The notes beneath the pieces were generated by a model. The model worked only from the letters and a program-made list of their open reading frames with translations. It was not told the DNA's origin and did not search any database. Source: Raillietiella orientalis (lineage: Eukaryota). Taken from it: DNA of 64,000 nt. Shown here one piece after another: positions 61,582 through 64,000 of the stretch. Position 1 is the first letter of the stretch; each line of letters opens with the position of its first letter. The translations under genes and the position numbers were made by a program. The stretch covers positions 2,728,001 through 2,792,000 of the forward strand of contig JAYWIR010000020.1 of assembly GCA_036172245.1 (NCBI GenBank), given 5' to 3'.

Positions 61582-64000
61582 CTACACTTCTGTAATGTTT
61601 CTGAACTGACGTAAAGTCCCACCATCGTAAACTTGTGGTTTTGGTTTAGGCGGCACTAAAGGCACAGTGTTTCGGACCTGTTCACAAGGAGGGGATGTTT
61701 CCGACGGATGGGAGGAACTGTGAGAGGACCGACTTTCATATGCGAGGTAGGAGTCGTTTCTTTCGGCAACACTAGGTCTTTGCAAATTGGTAGTGGTGTC
61801 GGTACAGCTACTACGGGTGGAGACCGAGTCTCCGTGCAACGGATTTGGTCTACACGGATCATTGGGGAAAGGAGAATTCTGCTGACGCCGCTCGTGTTCT
61901 CCCAACAACTGACTAGCGGTCCAATGCACAGGAGAGTATAGAGTTCCGTCGGGACGAGGCATGGAGGGTGGTCTAATATCCGGGAGGTGTGCAGGGGATT
62001 TTTCGAAAGACAAAGTGGATTTTTTCTCCTTAAGGGCTTGCTCTTTGCGACGTCGGCGGCGTGTACCAAGGTAAGCAGCCAGTAAGGCAAGTAAGAAAAG
62101 CAGTAGGATGGCAGAAACAGAAATGATCAAAATTTCTGCAAGGGAAAGAGAGGGACGCATAACGGGCAGAGGATTGTCAGTGGGGGTTACAGTAGTGACG
62201 TCTGCTGCTTCGATGTATACGCTCACTATGTTGGATAAGCGACCAACGTTCGTTCCATCGCTGGCTCTCATGGCTACGTAATACGTCCGCTCCGTCGACA
62301 TGTCCAAGTCGGAAAGGAAAACATGCAGTTGCTCCTTTGAACCTGCTACGTGGGTATCTGTCACATTCTTAAGCAACCTTGCGTTGGAAAAATGCCACAG
62401 CAACGAACGGAAATCGGTAGAGTAACGCAATTCGTATAAAGATGCTAGAAAGTCGGATAAGTTTCTGGTTGAAAACGCCCAAGGCTTACCAGTCCCCTCG
62501 AAGTAATCGTTTCCCGGAGCAGTCCATCTCAGAAGGATGCTTCCTCCGTAAACGTATTCCACTTGCAGATCAGTGACTTTGCCGGGAGGCAGGTAATCCG
62601 ATGCAGACGGAATAGAATCGATCACAAACATGGTTCCTATTGCCTCCAAGTTGAAACTTTCAGTATTGGACCACTGAGCAGTCTTTGGAATCCGGCTTCC
62701 GCAGCAGAAGACTTGTGCTACCACCGACCCTCGCATCGGAAGAAAAATCGCAAATAAATCATTACCTTCACCCAGACCAACGAGGTAACTGGTCACTTCA
62801 GGAACATCCGTGGCATTCACAGTTATCCGATATGCACCAGAAAGTTGCAAACGTTTGGAAAAAATGGTCGAATACACTCCATCTTCCATAACAAGATCGG
62901 GGACTGCAGGATAAAATAACAAAAATGCAACCATGTTGTCAATCTTTCACCTCCTTTTCCATCGTCTATAAGGGGAACAGCGATGGGCTGACCATCAGCG
63001 TTCTTTACGTAGGCGACTACATTGGCGCCTTTCACCGGAGCGCCGTTCCACAAAACTTCGGCATAAATCGCTAGCGGGTCACTTGGATTCGTCACATTGT
63101 CCAGTTGATCCCAAGTTGACCAAGTACGCAAAGTTGCTTTGTGCTTCGCTTCAAATTCACGAGCCAACTTGCGTCTCACCTCCACGATAGTTTGCTGTGG
63201 ATACAGGGCCGTGATATCCATTGAATACGTCCAATTTCCAGGTTCAGGACGATTCAAGACGGTGCTTCTCACGCCCTCTTGGTTGCCAAAGTTGGGGATG
63301 TACGGCGCACCGGACGGAGGGATCAGCTTCAGGTTAGTTGGAGCAAAATACGCAGATTGGGAGAAATAAAAATAGACGCTGAATTCTGCAGTGTCTGTTT
63401 CTTGCTCCAAGGAAAAGCTTCCAGATATGGGGGTCACATGCAACTGCTGTTTTGAGGCTGACAGAAAACTCTCAGAATAGATCTGAAGGATGAAAGAAGT
63501 AACTAACGTCAGCACTCGGCTGATTGGTACCTTTGGTCCTGACAGTGGTTCTTCTTGTAACACCAGAAGCAGACTGTCTAAAAGGCGTGCCATGTTGCTG
63601 AGCAATCCTTGCTGCTTAGCGACTTCTTCTCGAATTTCCAGATAAAGGCCACCAGTTGCGGGGGCGAGAAGGCGCAGGTCGTTGTTGATTGCTGACGGGT
63701 ATGCGATTACTGACATCCTAATCCTGTTCTCCTTCAAAGTGTTCTTAATTTCTAGGATGTGCTGAGGTTTCTCGGTTTGCGAAGTCAGGAGTATTATATC
63801 TGCTCCTTCCGTACCCAGTTCGTCGCTCCTCAGCATCTTCATGCGGAGGAAGTGTAAGTGGACCAGCAGGGGGCGGCAGACGGAAGACTTACTTGCAGTG
63901 CTTTCGATACCGCAGCCTGCAGGTCATTCATTTCGGTAGGACGTAGCTCCCGCATGGAAAGTTTCGTGTTCTTTTCGTCAGTCAAAGGTTTGATCACTTC
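61582..64000 (-). CDS. CLCA: Calcium-activated chloride channel regulator (CLCA) family protein, 3' part; 5' end beyond window
   Basis: Exons >64000-63893, 63836-~63531, 63482-62951, 62903-62766, 62717-62490, 62444-61582. VWA tail (IILLT...LAPATGG), PEPGNWTY, IYAEV..NGAPVKGANV.A, LIDDGKG.PD...DGVYS, FnIII PPGKVTDL..L.WTAPGND...GTASLYELRYS, SNIV, a TM helix and a cytoplasmic tail. Confidence 0.9.

Noticed and set aside
1..64000. CRISPR arrays, rRNA, prokaryotic operons or intact transposase/RT genes
   Set aside because: No regularly spaced repeats, rRNA motifs or DDE/RT catalytic motifs seen; the genes are intron-rich and eukaryotic.

Overview
Eukaryotic (invertebrate animal) genomic DNA, not prokaryotic, so most of the supplied six-frame ORFs are spurious or exon fragments. 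I reconstructed eight spliced genes by hand: a dissatisfaction/NR2E4-type nuclear receptor (+, 8399-33955, 8 coding exons, introns up to 10 kb), UGDH (-), MFF, SAAL1 and EDEM2 (all +, very tightly packed), liprin-beta (-), SSR2/TRAP-beta (+) and the 3' part of a membrane-anchored CLCA-family gene (-). Most interesting: (1) an operon-like MFF-SAAL1-EDEM2 unit. In both 119-152 bp spacers a poly(A) hexamer is followed exactly 32 nt later by an apparently unpaired 3' splice acceptor, suggesting polycistronic transcription resolved by trans-splicing. (2) A 51-nt U12-type (minor spliceosome) intron in SSR2. (3) Introns across the window mostly 38-56 nt, including a 38-nt GC-AG intron. (4) Sharply bounded CpG-depleted domains that suggest germline DNA methylation. 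(5) A ~600-800 bp repeat family with a tRNA T-arm/B-box, in three copies around the receptor's DNA-binding-domain exons, plus other inverted repeats and an AT-rich fold-back island. Gene identities come from recalled family motifs, and all alignments and counts were done by eye. No searches were run and the species is not determined.
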